In this document: positions 34,301 to 46,470 of the stretch, piece by piece
Layout of the letters: each line of letters starts with the position of its first letter
Numbering within the stretch: position 1 is the stretch's first letter
NCBI GenBank assembly: GCA_040954595.2
Contig: CM082588.2
Location: forward strand, 10,958,844 to 11,022,843
DNA from: Balanoglossus misakiensis
Taxonomy: Eukaryota > Animalia > Hemichordata
Reading direction: 5' to 3'
Length of the DNA stretch: 64,000 nucleotides
Position numbers and translations under genes: made by a program
Notes under the pieces: model-generated
What the model saw: only the letters and a program-made list of their open reading frames with translations
Databases searched by the model: none
What the model was told of the DNA's origin: nothing

Positions 34301-34426
34301 TGTTCTTTGATCAGGTGGTGATGTGTTTATAAATACCACTTGTCTTGTAGCTTTAGTAAGTGACAACTGCAGGATGATGTAAGCAGCCTCTTGTGCACTG
34401 ATTTCTACATTGTTAAGGAATTTATT
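31355..34426 (-). CDS. Helentron RepHel, C-terminal part: PIF1-type SF1 helicase plus AP-type endonuclease
   Basis: GGAGTGKS, IIDEISMV, GDLFQLKPV, IMRQKDD, TIHKSQGDTL, YVAISRVRT, then YQNARSL, IAESRL, IYKSP, GDFNFD, LDLIF, SDHKAV. The first ~39 aa of the listed ORF (34543-34427) derive from the inserted element. Confidence 0.93.
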   Translation of the reverse strand, partial: NKFLNNVEISAQEAAYIILQLSLTKATRQVVFINTSPPDQRTFLLKSKTALENTPAESTDIESDNLIKRYARRPKALENWCLADYASKLRVTYSTKCTDNYPQDINDDDHDDPDLGVDSESDNMTSKINIILKNGMKIQERVNPCIIRYVNYSKKVDYENYCREKLLLYMPWRNESSDLLNSCATFQESYNHNKHIIAQTIDKYEHNSELIDQATTAAEQLDNDDLNAFDQIAPNTQHAERDDLEEGTTTPNDHFIYFQPDDQPEHTTYDIGVDIGMNTTVTTDDTSNVPGRIPDEQYHKLVRSLNVKQREIFHHVLKSVKTNHDPMHIFITGGAGTGKSVVIRAIYQALHRYLCSIAGESPLDCRLLLCAPTGKAAYHINGSTIHAAFKVPASQGYKYKPLDSDKLNTLRSKYQHLSVVIIDEISMVGHELLNFINLRLQQIKGNNQVFGGVSMITVGDLFQLKPVMDGWIFKDLTKEYGPLATNLWKEHFTMHELTQIMRQKDDEDFAQLLNRLREGRHTDEDISELQNYVISHDQPLNESIPHLYTTNAMVESHNDKVYQNATSHKLVVPALDTVIGDVSQQVKAQLLKTIPKDPSKTCGLLSQAPIAVGLRYDLTANVDVEDGMTNGASCVVQQIDHRMTGTSNNRPSIIWVQFDDKNVGLLRRHKYKHLHQPEIGKQLTPIFDIKRQFPTSKYYKHVSVMRIQFPLRPSAAKTIHKSQGDTLDKVIIHMGTRKIDHIHYVAISRVRTISGLQILELNKNKIAISEAVHNEMKRLRDDSQLQLCFKPLYALPHDHCKVVYQNARSLHKHFADLCSDHNIIAADVIGIAESRLTTNDTNEAYNLPNYLLFRNDQDVHIDNTAVNFTRPYHGLVLYVKDSYQVIHIKCHSTKVFEFIKANILIQNKLLQIIMIYKSPQCTIHTFKQQFQQYLLPLLDLTKPILIMGDFNFDILLPNTSTAFLHFMTSICNCRQLIKEETTDQHSALDLIFLNFFTTTYDTIENSWSDHKAVYAAIHPSQFT

Positions 34427-37400
34427 AGGGTTTCGAGACCCTCTGGTCTCGAAACCCTCTTGAAATCGTGTTGTTACGGGCCCAAGCCAAGCCAGGCTTG
34501 GGCCCGTATTGGTTTCGTTGGGGTTTTTACGGGCCCAAGCCAAGCCAGGCTTGGGCCCGTATTGGTTTCGTTGGGGTTTTTCTTTCTTTCTTTCTTTCTT
34601 TCTTTATTCTTGGTTCACTTCTTTCGCGCTCTAGATCTCAGACACCGCTGCAGGTACAGTTCTCAAACTTGCTACAGTGGTCAAGGTCAATGAGTAGATG
34701 TGCAGTGACTTGTGAATACTTAATTAGTCACGTGACATGGCGGCCATATTGGATTTTCTGAAAAAATGCAAATCTCAGATCTCAGAAACTACAAATCAGA
34801 TCGAGTTCAGATTTGGCGTGCTGGTAGTATACCCTCTGCCCATCATTTTTGTAATTGGATATTTTGCTGTCAATGTTGCAGTTTTTTTGCTACAGTTGTT
34901 TTTCTGAAATCTGGTCAAAATTTCAAAAATCTTCTTCTCCAGAACCGGCGATAACCGAGTTGCGCCGTTTGGGGTATGTGGTCACCTAACTGATATCTAT
35001 CAAGTTTGCGAAGATCATTGTGATTGGTCGAAGATTATGGCGGCCATATTGGATTTTCGAAAAACCATAGTAAAACTTCAAAAATCTTCTTCTCCAGAAC
35101 GGGCGATAACCGAGTCACAAGATTTGGTGTGTGTGGTCATTAAACAGATGTCTATCAAGTTTGCGAAGGGGAATGTGATTGGTCGAAGATTATGGCGGCC
35201 ATATTGGATTTTGTGAAAAATGATTAAAAAGTAAAAATTCCTTTTCTAGCCTAAAAATTGATAGCACAGAAATTCTTTTTATGGATATGAATCATCATAT
35301 GACAAGAATAACCTATAAATATTTTGGTAATTTTGGCAATGACCTTTGACCTACTTTTGACGAATCATTTTTCTGCATATCTAATTCCAGGCTAACCAAT
35401 AGGGCTATAAGTTTGGTTTTTGATGTATGTGGATTTGTATGTGATCAAAAAATTTTGCTACTTTTCATGACCCCTTTGACCTCTGGTGACCTCATTAAAT
35501 ATGCGCATACCTAATTACAGATGAACCAATAGACCTAGAGGTTTTGTTTTTGTTATACATGGACCAGTATGGGGTCAAAATATTTTGCCCAAATGTTGGG
35601 TGACCTCGGGTGACCTTTGACCTACTTTTGCATATCTCGGCATCCAAAGCAGGTACAGCCTTGGCATTTGGAGATATGGGGCCATATTGAAAAGCCAAAG
35701 TTTTGGGTCACCTGTGACCTCTGCTGACCTCATTTATTATGTGCATAGCTAATTACAGGCGAACCAATAGAGCTAGAGGTCTGGTTTTTGTTGGACATGG
35801 ACCACTATGGGTCAAAATTTTCTTGCCCAAATTTTGGGTGACCTCAGATGACCTTTGACCTACTTTTGCATATCTCGGCATCCAAAGCAGGTACAGCCTT
35901 GGCATTTGGAGATATGGGGCCATAATCAAAAGCCACAGTTTTGGGTCACCTGTGACACCTGCTTAACTCATTATTTATGTGCATACCTAATTACGGGCTA
36001 ACCAAAAGGGCTAGAGGTCTGGTTTTTTGTTGGACATGGACCACTATGGTTTAGAATTTTCTGCCCAAATTTTGGGTGACCTCGAGTGACCTTTGACCTA
36101 CTTTTGCATATCTCGACATCCACAGCAGATACAGCCTTGGCGTTTGGAGGTATGGGGCCATAATGAAAAGCCAAAGTTTTGGGTCACCTGTGACACCTGC
36201 TTAACTCATTATTTATGTGCATACATAATTCCGGGCTAACCAAAAGGGCTAGAGGTCTGGATTTTTGTTGGACATGGACCAATATGGGTCAAAATTTTCT
36301 GCCCAAATTTTGGGTGACCTCAGATGACCTTTGACCTACTTTTGCATATCTCGGCATCCAAAGCAGGTACAGCCTTGGCATTTGGAGATATGGGGCCATA
36401 ATTAAAAGCCAAAGTTTTGGGTCACCAGTGACACCTGCTTAACTCATTATTTATGTGCATACCTAATTCCGGGCTAACCAAAAGGGCTAGAAGTCTGGTT
36501 TTTGTTGGACATGGACCACTATGGGTCAAAATTTTCTGCCCAAATTTTGGGTGACCTCAGATGACATTTGACCTACTAAACACTATATCAGCACCAAACA
36601 TAGATATAACCTTGATATTTCATGGGATAAAACACAGCATTATATTTCTACTCATTAATTATGTGCATATCTAATAATCTGATCAGATAATAGAGCTTGG
36701 GCCCGGACAATGCTGCTTGCAGCTTTAATTCTTTCTTTCTTTCTTTCTTTATTCTTGGTTCACTTCTTTCGCGCTCTAGATCTCAGACACCGCTGCAGGT
36801 ACAGTTCTCAAACTTGCTACAGTGGTCAAGGTCAATGAGTAGATGTGCAGTGACTTGTGAATACTTAATTAGTCACGTGACATGGCGGCCATATTGGATT
36901 TTCTGAAAAAATGCAAATCTCAGATCTCAGAAACTACAAGTCAGATCGAGTTCAGATTTGGCGTGCTGGTAGTATACCCTCTGCCCATCATTTGTGTAAT
37001 TGGATATTTTGCTGTCAATGTTGCAGTTTTTTTGCTACAGTTGTTTTTCTGAAATCTGGTCAAAATTTCAAAAATCTTCTTCTCAAGAACCGGCGATAAC
37101 CGAGTCACGCCGTTTGGGGTATGTGGTCACCTAACTGATGTCTATCAAGTTTGCGAAGATCATTGTGATTGGTCGAAGATTATGGCGGCCATATTGGATT
37201 TTCGAAAAACCATAGTAAAACTTCAAAAATCTTCTTCTCCAGAACGGGCGATAACCGAGTCACAAGATTTGGTGTGTGTGGTCATTAAACAGATGTCTAT
37301 CAAGTTTGCGAAGGGGAATGTGATTGGTCGAAGATTATGGCGGCCATATTGGATTTTGTGAAAAACGATTAAAAAGTAAAAATTCCTTTTCTAGCCTAAA

Positions 37401-40400
37401 AATTGATAGCACAGAAATTCTTTTTATGGATATGAATCATCATATGACAAGAATAACCTATAAATATTTTGGTAATTTTGGCAATGACCTTTGACCTACT
37501 TTTGACGCATCATTTTTCTGCATATCTAATTCCAGGCTAACCAATAGGGCTATAAGTTTGGTGTTTGATGTATGTGGATTTGTATGTGATCAAAAAATTT
37601 TGCTACTTTTCATGACCCCTTTGACCTCTGCTGACCTCATTAAATATGCATATACCTAATTACAGATGAACCAATAGACCTAGAGGTTTTGTTTTTGTTA
37701 TACATGGACCAGTATGGGGTCAAAATATTTTGCCCAAATGTTGGGTGACCTCGGGTGACCTTTGACCTACTTTTGCATATCTCGGCATCCAAAGCAGGTA
37801 CAGCCTTGGCATTTGGAGATATGGGGCCATATTGAAAAGCCAAAGTTTTGGGTCACCTGTGACCTCTGCTGACCTCATTTATTATGTGCATAGCTAATTA
37901 CAGGCGAACCAATAGAGCTAGAGGTCTGGTTTTTGTTGGACATGGACCACTATGGGTCAAAATTTTCTTGCCCAAATTTTGGGTGACCTCAGATGACCTT
38001 TGACCTACTTTTGCATATCTCGGCATCCAAAGCAGGTACATCCTTGGCATTTGGAGATATGGGGCCATAATTAAAAGCCAAAGTTTTGGGTCACCAGTGA
38101 CACCTGCTTAACTCATTATTTATGTGCATACCTAATTCCGGGCTAACCAAAAGGGCTAGAGGTCTGGTTTTTGTTGGACATGGACCACTATGGGTCAAAA
38201 TTTTCTGCCCAAATTATGGGTGACCTTTGACCTACTTAACACTATATCAACACCAAACATAGATATAACCTTGATATTTCATGGGATAAAACACAGCATT
38301 ATGTTTCTACTCATTAATTATGTGCATATCTAATAATCAGATCAGATAATAGAGCTTGGGCCCGGACAATGCTGCTTGCAGCTTTAATCTTTCTTTCTTT
38401 CTTTCTTTATTCTTGGTTCACTTCTTTCGCGCTCTAGATCTCAGACACCGCTGCAGGTACAGTTCTCAAACTTGCTACAGTGGTCAAGGTCAATGAGTAG
38501 ATGTGCAGTGACTTGTGAATACTTAATTAGTCACGTGACATGGCGGCCATATTGGATTTTCTGAAAAAATGCAAATCTCAGATCTCAGAAACTACAAGTC
38601 AGATCGAGTTCAGATTTGGCGTGCTGGTAGTATACCCTCTGCCCATCATTGTTGTAATTGGATATTTTGCTGTCAATGTTGCAGTTTTTTTGCTACAGTT
38701 GTTTTTCTGAAATCTGGTCAAAATTTCAAAAATCTTCTTCTCCAGAACCGGCGATAACCGAGTCACGCCGTTTGGGGTATGTGGTCACCTAACTGATGTC
38801 TATCAAGTTTGCGAAGATCATTGTGATTGGTCGAAGATTATGGCGGCCATATTGGATTTTCGAAAAACCATAGTAAAACTTCAAAAATCTTCTCCTCCAG
38901 AACGGGCGATAACCGAGTCACAAGATTTGGTGTGTGTGGTCATTAAACAGATGTCTATCAAGTTTGCGAAGGGGAATGTGATTGGTCGAAGATTATGGCG
39001 GCCATATTGGATTTTGTGAAAAACGATTAAAAAGTAAAAATTCCTTTTCTAGCCTAAAAATTGATAGCACAGAAATTCTTTTTATGGATATGAATCATCA
39101 TATGACAAGAATAACCTATAAATATTTTGGTAATTTTGGCAATGACCTTTGACCTACTTTTGACGCATCATTTTTCTGCATATCTAATTCCAGGCTAACC
39201 AATAGGGCTATAAGTTTGGTTTTTGATGTATGTGGATTTGTATGTGATCAAAAAATTTTGCTACTTTTCATGACCCCTTTGACCTCTGCTGACCTCATTA
39301 AATATGCATATACCTAATTACAGATGAACCAATAGACCTAGAGGTTTTGTTTTTGTTATACATGGACCAGTATGGGGTCAAAATATTTTGCCCAAATGTT
39401 GGGTGACCTCGGGTGACCTTTGACCTACTTTTGCATATCTCGACATCCACACCAGATACAGCCTTGGCGTTTGGAGGTATGGGGCCATAATGAAAAGCCA
39501 AAGTTTTGGGTCACCTGTGACACCTGCTTTACTCATTATTTATGTGCATACCTAATTCCGGGCTAACCAAAAGGGCTAGATGTCTGGTTTTTGTTTGACA
39601 TGGACCACTATGGGTCAAAATTTTCTGCCCAAATTTTGGATGACCTCAGATGACCTTTGACCTACTTTTGCATATATCGGCATCCAAAGCAGGTACAGCC
39701 TTGGCATTTGGAGGTATGGGGCCATAATGAAAAGCCAAAGTTTTGGGTCACCTGTGACACCTGCTTTACGCATTATTTATGTGCATACCTAATTCCGGGC
39801 TAACCAAAAGGGCTAGAGGTCTGGTTTTTGTTGGACATGGACCACTATGGGTCAAAATGTTCTGCTTAAATTGTGGGTGACCCCTGGGGGACCTTTGACC
39901 TACTTTACACTATATCAACACCAAACATAGATATAACCTTGATATTTCATGGGATAAAACAGAGCATTATGTTTCTACTCATTAATTATGTGCATATCTA
40001 ATATCAGATCAGATAATAGAGCTTGGGCCCGGACAATGCTGCTTGCAGCTTTAATTTTTTATTATTATTATTATTCTTCTTCCCACTCTTAAAAACAGCC
40101 GCTATTCGAAGACCGTTGCACCCAATGACTTGAAATTTGGCTCATAGGTAAAACTCAAAGCAAGTAATTTTCTGATCATGTAACTATGGCAACAGGTCAC
40201 ATGACCTGGCAGCCATCTTGGATTGAAAGTTTAAAATTGATCTCATTTGCATAAAAAATGACGAATCAAAATTCTTTGAACAAACTTTGTGGACCATATG
40301 GCCAGGGTCCTATATGCAAAATTTCAATGTTCAAGTCTTTGCCGATTTTGAGGAGATGATTTTTAAAGCATTATTTTTCATATTTTTCAAGACCATTGGA

Positions 40401-41940
40401 CCCAGCCTTAGGCCTATACTTTCCATAGTTAAGCTATGGCCACCTAGGATCTTAGATTTATGCCCAATATCTCAACATCCGCTGGGCTGATCAGCTTCAA
40501 ATTTATTGTGCAGCTAGCCTACCTTCCAACAATCAGTTCCAACTGGAAAAAATAATATGAAAAATCGACCGATTTTTTTATATTAATTTTTTTATGAAAT
40601 CTATACCTATACGTATTCCACTATAGTTAAGCTATGGCCAAGTCGTTTTGTAGAATTCTGGTTGGTGCAATAGTCCTATCGGCCAGTGTGCAGCATAGGA
40701 CCACAAAAAGAAGCCAAATTAATTCAAGGGTCACCTGTGACACCTGCCTAACTCATTAATTATGTGCATACCTAATTCGAGGCAAACCAATAGGGCTACA
40801 GGTCTGATTTTTGTTAGACATGGACCAGTATGGGGTCAAATTATCCCCCAAAATTTGGGGTGACCTTGAGTGACCTTTGACCTTCTTCCGCATATCTCGG
40901 CATCCAGAGCAGGTACAGCTTAGGTGTTTGGGTGGATGGTACCAAATTAAGAAGCCAAATTCAAGGGTCACCTGTGACACCTGCCTAACTCATTAATTAT
41001 GTGCATACCTCATTCCAGGCGAACCAAGGGGGCTTCAGGTCTGGTGTTTGTTGGATATGTACCACTATGGGGTCAAATTTTCCCCCCAAATTTGGGGTGA
41101 CCTCGGGTGACCTTTGACCTACTTCCTCATATCTCGGCATCCACAGCAGGTACAGCTTAGGTGTTTGGGAGGATGGTACCAAAATAAGAAGCCACAATTT
41201 AGGGTCACCTGTGACACCTGCATAACTCATTAATTATGTGCAAACCTAATTCCAGCCAAACTAACAGGGCTACAGGTCTTGTGTTTGTTGGATATGTACC
41301 ACTAGGGGATCAAATTGTTTTGCCCAAATTTTGGGGTGACCTTGGGTGACCTTTGACCTACTTCCACATATCTCAGCATCTAGAGCAGGTACAGCTTAGG
41401 TGTTTGGGTGGATGGAACCAAAATAAGAAGCCAAAATTTAGGGTCACCTGTGACACCTGCCTTACTCATTAATTATGTGCATACCTAATTCCAGGCGAAC
41501 TAACAGGACTACAGGTCTGGTGTTTGTTGGACATGGACCAGTATGGGGTCAAATTTTCCCCCAAAATTTCGGGTGACCTTGGGTGACCTTTGACCTACTT
41601 CCGCATATCTCGGCATCCACAGCAGGTACAGCTTAGGTGTTTGGGAGGATGGTACCAAAATAAGTAGCCAAAATTTAGGACCACCTGTGACACCTGCCTA
41701 ACTATGTGCATAACTAAGTACACACGAACCAATAGGGCTAGATGTGTGGTTTTTATTGGACATGGACCAATATAGTGTCAAAATTTTCTGCTCATATTTA
41801 GGGTGACCTCACATGACGTTTGGCCAACTTTCCCACATCCTCCACCCTGACTAATTAAATATGCACATATCTATCTCCAGGCGAACCAATAGGGCTCGCA
41901 GTGTCTCGAAACCCGCTTATTGCTGTTCACAGCTATATTT
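34427..41940 (+). mobile_element. HINE family B (about 34427-34474 plus 40056-41940) inserted into the RepHel gene
   Basis: Perfect 14-bp 5' hairpin AGGGTTTCGAGACC-CTCT-GGTCTCGAAACCCT (34427-34458), (TTA)n microsatellite near 40060, ~239-bp central repeats, 3' subTIR GTCTCGAAACCC (41903-41914) and stem-loop GCTGT-TC-ACAGC. Inserted between Ts; removing it restores RHIG|NKFLNNVEISAQEA in frame. Confidence 0.9.
34475..40055 (+). mobile_element. HINE family C: three bodies in tandem/nested inside HINE-B
   Basis: Two 5' hairpins TACGGGCCCAAGCC-AAGCCA-GGCTTGGGCCCGTA (34475-34508, 34528-34561) and a (TTTC)n microsatellite. Three near-identical bodies each end in subTIR GCTTGGGCCCG plus stem-loop GCTGC-TT-GCAGC (ends ~36730, ~38388, ~40055). 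Confidence 0.88.
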
Positions 41941-44900
41941 TCCAATATGTCTGACCTGTGCTTTCAGTTCCATATTGCCTTTTCTGGCTTCTTTGCATGC
42001 TTGGTCAAGTAATGCACTCATGCCTCTTTGGGATTTACTGATATAGGATACAATGTACATGGCACAGGCGTATGGATCTAAAACAAACTGTAGATCATGA
42101 TTTGCTCCCCATGCAGACAATAATAATTTCATGTAGGCATTGACACGTAAATCACTTGGTTCTCTTTTGAGAAATATTGTGGTAGTTTTGAGTGAACTCT
42201 GAATGCATTTTATGTATTCATCATGACTGATTTGCAGCTCAGTAGATAGGAAGTCATCATATGATATTGGTTTGCCTTCTTTCATATCATCCAGTTTTTG
42301 TTTGATTTCTTCATATTTCTGTTTGTAATGTTGTTCTTCATCTGGATCAGCATTTAATGGTGAGAGAATCATTGTTTCTGACATAGGAGGCATTGGGTAT
42401 CCAAAACGACATACAGGTTTGCCTTTTACTCGGCATGTCTTAGAGTGCTTATGTGTCTGCAGATTCAATACTTCAGCCATTTCACTTGGTACATTGGAAG
42501 AACAAGATACATATATGTCAATGAAATCAATCACTTCTGTTGGTGTGTTTTGTTGATAATTTGGTGCATTCTCAATCCACATTAGCATATGGATGTGTGG
42601 TGAGCCACGTTGTTGAAATTCCACTCTGTAGAAGTAATCAGTGATTTTGCCCAATGGATCACATGGACCTCTAAGTACTGTATTGATGAATTCATGAATT
42701 CTGTGGTCAAAGAAACGAGCACATGTCACTGGGTCAGATTGAAGTAACCTGGACTTTGTAGCCCAATCCATGGCTTTAAGTTCATCAGCAGTATATTTCT
42801 TACCATCTACAAGTGTACCCAGTATTTGATGTAAGTCAATCCACTTTGTGTCAGCACTAGACAGAGAACAAAACCATGTTGGTAAACCAAGTTGTCTAAT
42901 CATTGCAAATACATCTTTCTTCCTCTTTTCTAGATAGGGTGGTGAATTGCGCAAATCTCTGAATATGTAAAATCCGTCATCAAGTCTAAGTAAATCACTT
43001 ACTCTTTCTGGATTTAATAAATCTGCAACTTTGTAAGTTCTGCCTTCAGTTTTACATCGTCTCAATGCAAGGTGGACTTTACTACTGATCTGTTTTAACT
43101 GCAGTTTCTTCACTTTGAAAAACATATTTGGTACAGAGTTTGCAACGCGTCTATCAACATTACGCAATTCCCATTTACAAACATCACTGTAATGTACATT
43201 TGAGGTGTGGATTTGATCAATATTTCTGCGTTGTCCACAGAATATAGTTGGAAAGGCTAGATATTCTGCATCTGTATCATTGAACAGACTAAGAGGGCGT
43301 TGACCTTCACCAGGGGCAAATGTTAAAATTTGATTACGATAATCTGAATCATCAAGTAAAGTGTCCATATTAGCAACAGCTCCCTCTGCTGGATCAACCT
43401 CACTGAATTTATCAGAATCAGAATCTGATTCAGATTCAGGATCATCAGCTTGCTCTTGTTCAGTGTTTGTATTTTCAATAAATACAGCCATATCATTATC
43501 TGTGTTTTCAAATTCCTGAGACCAGTTGTGATTAATTGGAATACCTGAATTTTGGTACAAAACACTGTTTTTCATGAGCCACACAAGTGCTGCCATCACT
43601 TTATTTGGTCGAATATTTTCTGTAAATTCACTTCGCGTGTACGATAGTTTTCGTTTCAGTTTGACTGGTATAGTAGCTGAATCATCTAGCATTCTTGGCA
43701 GAGCATTAACAGTAGGGGTGATATCTGTTGGAATATTGACTACCGGACCAGATAATGACCTTTGACCTCCACGTGGCAAACTGCACATATGCATGAATGG
43801 AATTCTGAGTGCTATCAATCTTTCTTCCAAAGGGTGCAACTGTAACTGTGGTGGAATATCAGGGAAATTAACATTATTAGCTATAGACAATCTGGGGATT
43901 TTACCAGCAGATATGGATCTGTAGCATGTGTTACACACCCACTCTATATTGTCAACAGAAGTGTATGCAGTCAAACATTTTGATGCAATGCCTCGTTCAG
44001 ATAATTTGGCAGCAGGAGTAACAGATTTTCTGAACCAAGTTTGATGACATGATGAGCAGACATAGACAGGGCCTTGTGATACAGTTCTATGAAATATATT
44101 TATGCATGCCTGCAACGATTCCCCGCATAATTGTCGGGTCTCAAAACCTCTATGTTTGCTAAAACCATTGTGTGTAACATGTTGTTTTTTGTCAATTTGA
44201 AATGTTTGAATTTTTTCACTGCATTTCACAAACTTCTTTTGTAAGTTTTCTTTTTTTCTGAAGTTTCTATCCTGTCTCTTCATTTTTCTGTAGATCTGTT
44301 GCTTTTTGTTTTCGTGCTCTTTGAAGGTTTTACTTTTGCGTGAAGTCTTGATACGTGCCTGTGACTGTATTTTCTCATTTTGTCGAAATGTGGAATTTTG
44401 ACGCAGACTTTTAATGTGTTCTTTCAGTTTTGGCTTTTCTTTTTCTCGGAATGCAGGATTTTGACGCAAAGTTTTAATGTGTGCTTTAAATTTCACCTTT
44501 TCTTTCTCTCGGAATGCAGGATTTTGACGCAGAGTTTGCTTGTGTGAGTTTAATTTCACCTTTTCTTTCTCTCGGAATGCAGGATTTTGACGCAGAGTTT
44601 GCTTGTGTGAGTTTAATTTCACCTTTTCTTTCTCTCGGAATGCAGGATTTTGACGCAGAGTGTTAATGCGTGATTTCAATTTGACCTTCTCTTTCTCTCG
44701 GAATACAGGATTTTGACGCAGAGTTTGCTTGTGTGAGTTTAATTTCACCTTCTCTTTCTCTCGGAATGCAGGATTTTGACGCAGAGTGTTAATGCGTGAT
44801 TTTAATTTGACCTTCTCTTTCTCTCGGAATACAGGATTTTGACGCAGAGTTTGCTTGTGTGAGTTTAATTTCACCTTTTCTGTCTCTCGGAATACAGGAT

Positions 44901-46470
44901 TTTGACGCAGAGTGTAAATGCGTGATTTCAATTTGACCTTCTCTTTCTCTCGGAATACAGGATTTTGACGCAGAGTTTGCTTGTGTGAGTTTAATTTCAC
45001 CTTCTCTTTCTCTTGGAATGAAGGATTTTGACGCAGGATTTGTATGTGTGATTGCAATTTTTCCTTTTCTCTCTTTCTATATTGTGGGTTTGCACGTATT
45101 GTTCTTTTTTGATATTGTTGAGATAACTTTTCTCTGTCTCTGTATTCTACATTCTGGCGCAATGTCTTTATATGTGCTTGCACTTTTGACTTTTCTCTCT
45201 CTTTGAAGTCAGGATTTTGTCTTTGTGCACATTTCCTCTCCTTGTCTCTCTTTCTTTCATTGGTTTTAAATGAAGGATCCTGTCTTTTCAACCGTTTGTA
45301 TTCTCTGTCATATACCTTTCTTGATTTTCTTCTACATGAACCTGATGGAAGTGCATCAATGGTATTAGAAGTTTGCATACACTGTTTATTAGCTTGTAAT
45401 TGTTTTTGTGACTCGAAATAGTTGTCTAACAGGTCTGAATGCCTTTGAGTCCGTTGATACAGTCTCTGAGAAGATGAACTCTCTATATGAATGGTTAATT
45501 CTTGAAGTTCATAAGGTGTCATGTTATTGAAGTTAAGGTTATGAAATAATGAATACAAATAGTTTGTTAAATCATTTAGAGTCGGAAAACTCAATACCAT
45601 ACTTGAACCGTCAGAACATTGGAAACCATGTGAGTTTCGACTATGAGAATCAAATACGAAGTATTTGCCATCTGTTGAAGAAAGGGCCATGCTGTAGCCA
45701 CCAAGTATTAACATAACTGAGTTACTAGAATTGAACATGTTAATCATAGCATCTCTGAACACCATACATCCTTGTTCATCATAGTCAGACATACAGTCTA
45801 ACATACCAAAGTACAGTCTTCCTTGTGTAATATTGAACTGCACAGAATTCATGTGAACAGTATTTGGCAATTCATCACACATTAGTATTTCAGAAAATAA
45901 TTTATTACTTGCTCTGAGGTCATTTGTGGTTTTAATGTATAAATTATCACCAGCATGTAAAATGTGATCTAAGTCATTAGATGTCAATGTCATCTCTCTT
46001 TCTTTTGATATGCAAAGGAAAGCAAGGGCATTACAAGTACATTGTCTACCTCGTGAATTTATGCTGAAAATATCATTGCCTTGATGAAAACTACCTTGGA
46101 GTACACTGTCTATTGTGTAACTTTCCCAGTGTAAAGTGTGACTATTGTGAGAGGAGTATAATTCTTGTTTGTCATGTGCATCATTTGCACTGTAGTATAC
46201 ACAAGAGGAATTTTGATTTGACACACTGGTCGAAGAATTCTTATTGAAGGTTGTAACTGATTGAGTGGCATTAAAACTTTTGATAATGGTACTTGAAGAT
46301 GTAGACATATTATTGCTGTATGGTTCTATGCTTGACGATATTGATGTATTGTTATTGGCATTGCCGTACGAATCTGACTTCTTGAATGTTCCTTGTAGCA
46401 CAGGGTGTTTTACTTTACTGGATCCACCCAAACCAGAATCAGACCCAGCTGATATGATTGGTCCATCAGC
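41941..46470 (-). CDS. Helentron RepHel, N-terminal part: herpes-tegument-like cysteine protease, 21-aa repeats, Zn finger, HUH Rep domain
   Basis: LQGSFHQG...GRQCTCNA...YFVFDSHSR (protease), YVCSSCHQTWF...WVCNTC, RVEFQQRGSPHIHML (HUH), YIVSYISK (Y2). Begins at a splice acceptor TTTATTTTTAAACAG|GCT (exon start 46470). Confidence 0.92.
44395..45040 (-). repeat. 63-bp coding minisatellite (21-aa LRQNPxFREKEKVKL[NSHKQT/KSRINT]) within RepHel
   Basis: About 10 well-conserved units at 63-bp spacing, with degenerate units on both sides. Frame is preserved. Confidence 0.95.

Noticed and set aside
34391-41230. Repeated 62-100-aa ORFs inside HINE-B/C
   Set aside because: Incidental frames in non-coding repeated elements; no recognisable domains.
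34427-41940. Possible 7.5-kb intron in RepHel
   Set aside because: On the coding strand it begins AAAT and ends CCCT rather than GT..AG, and it has complete HINE termini.
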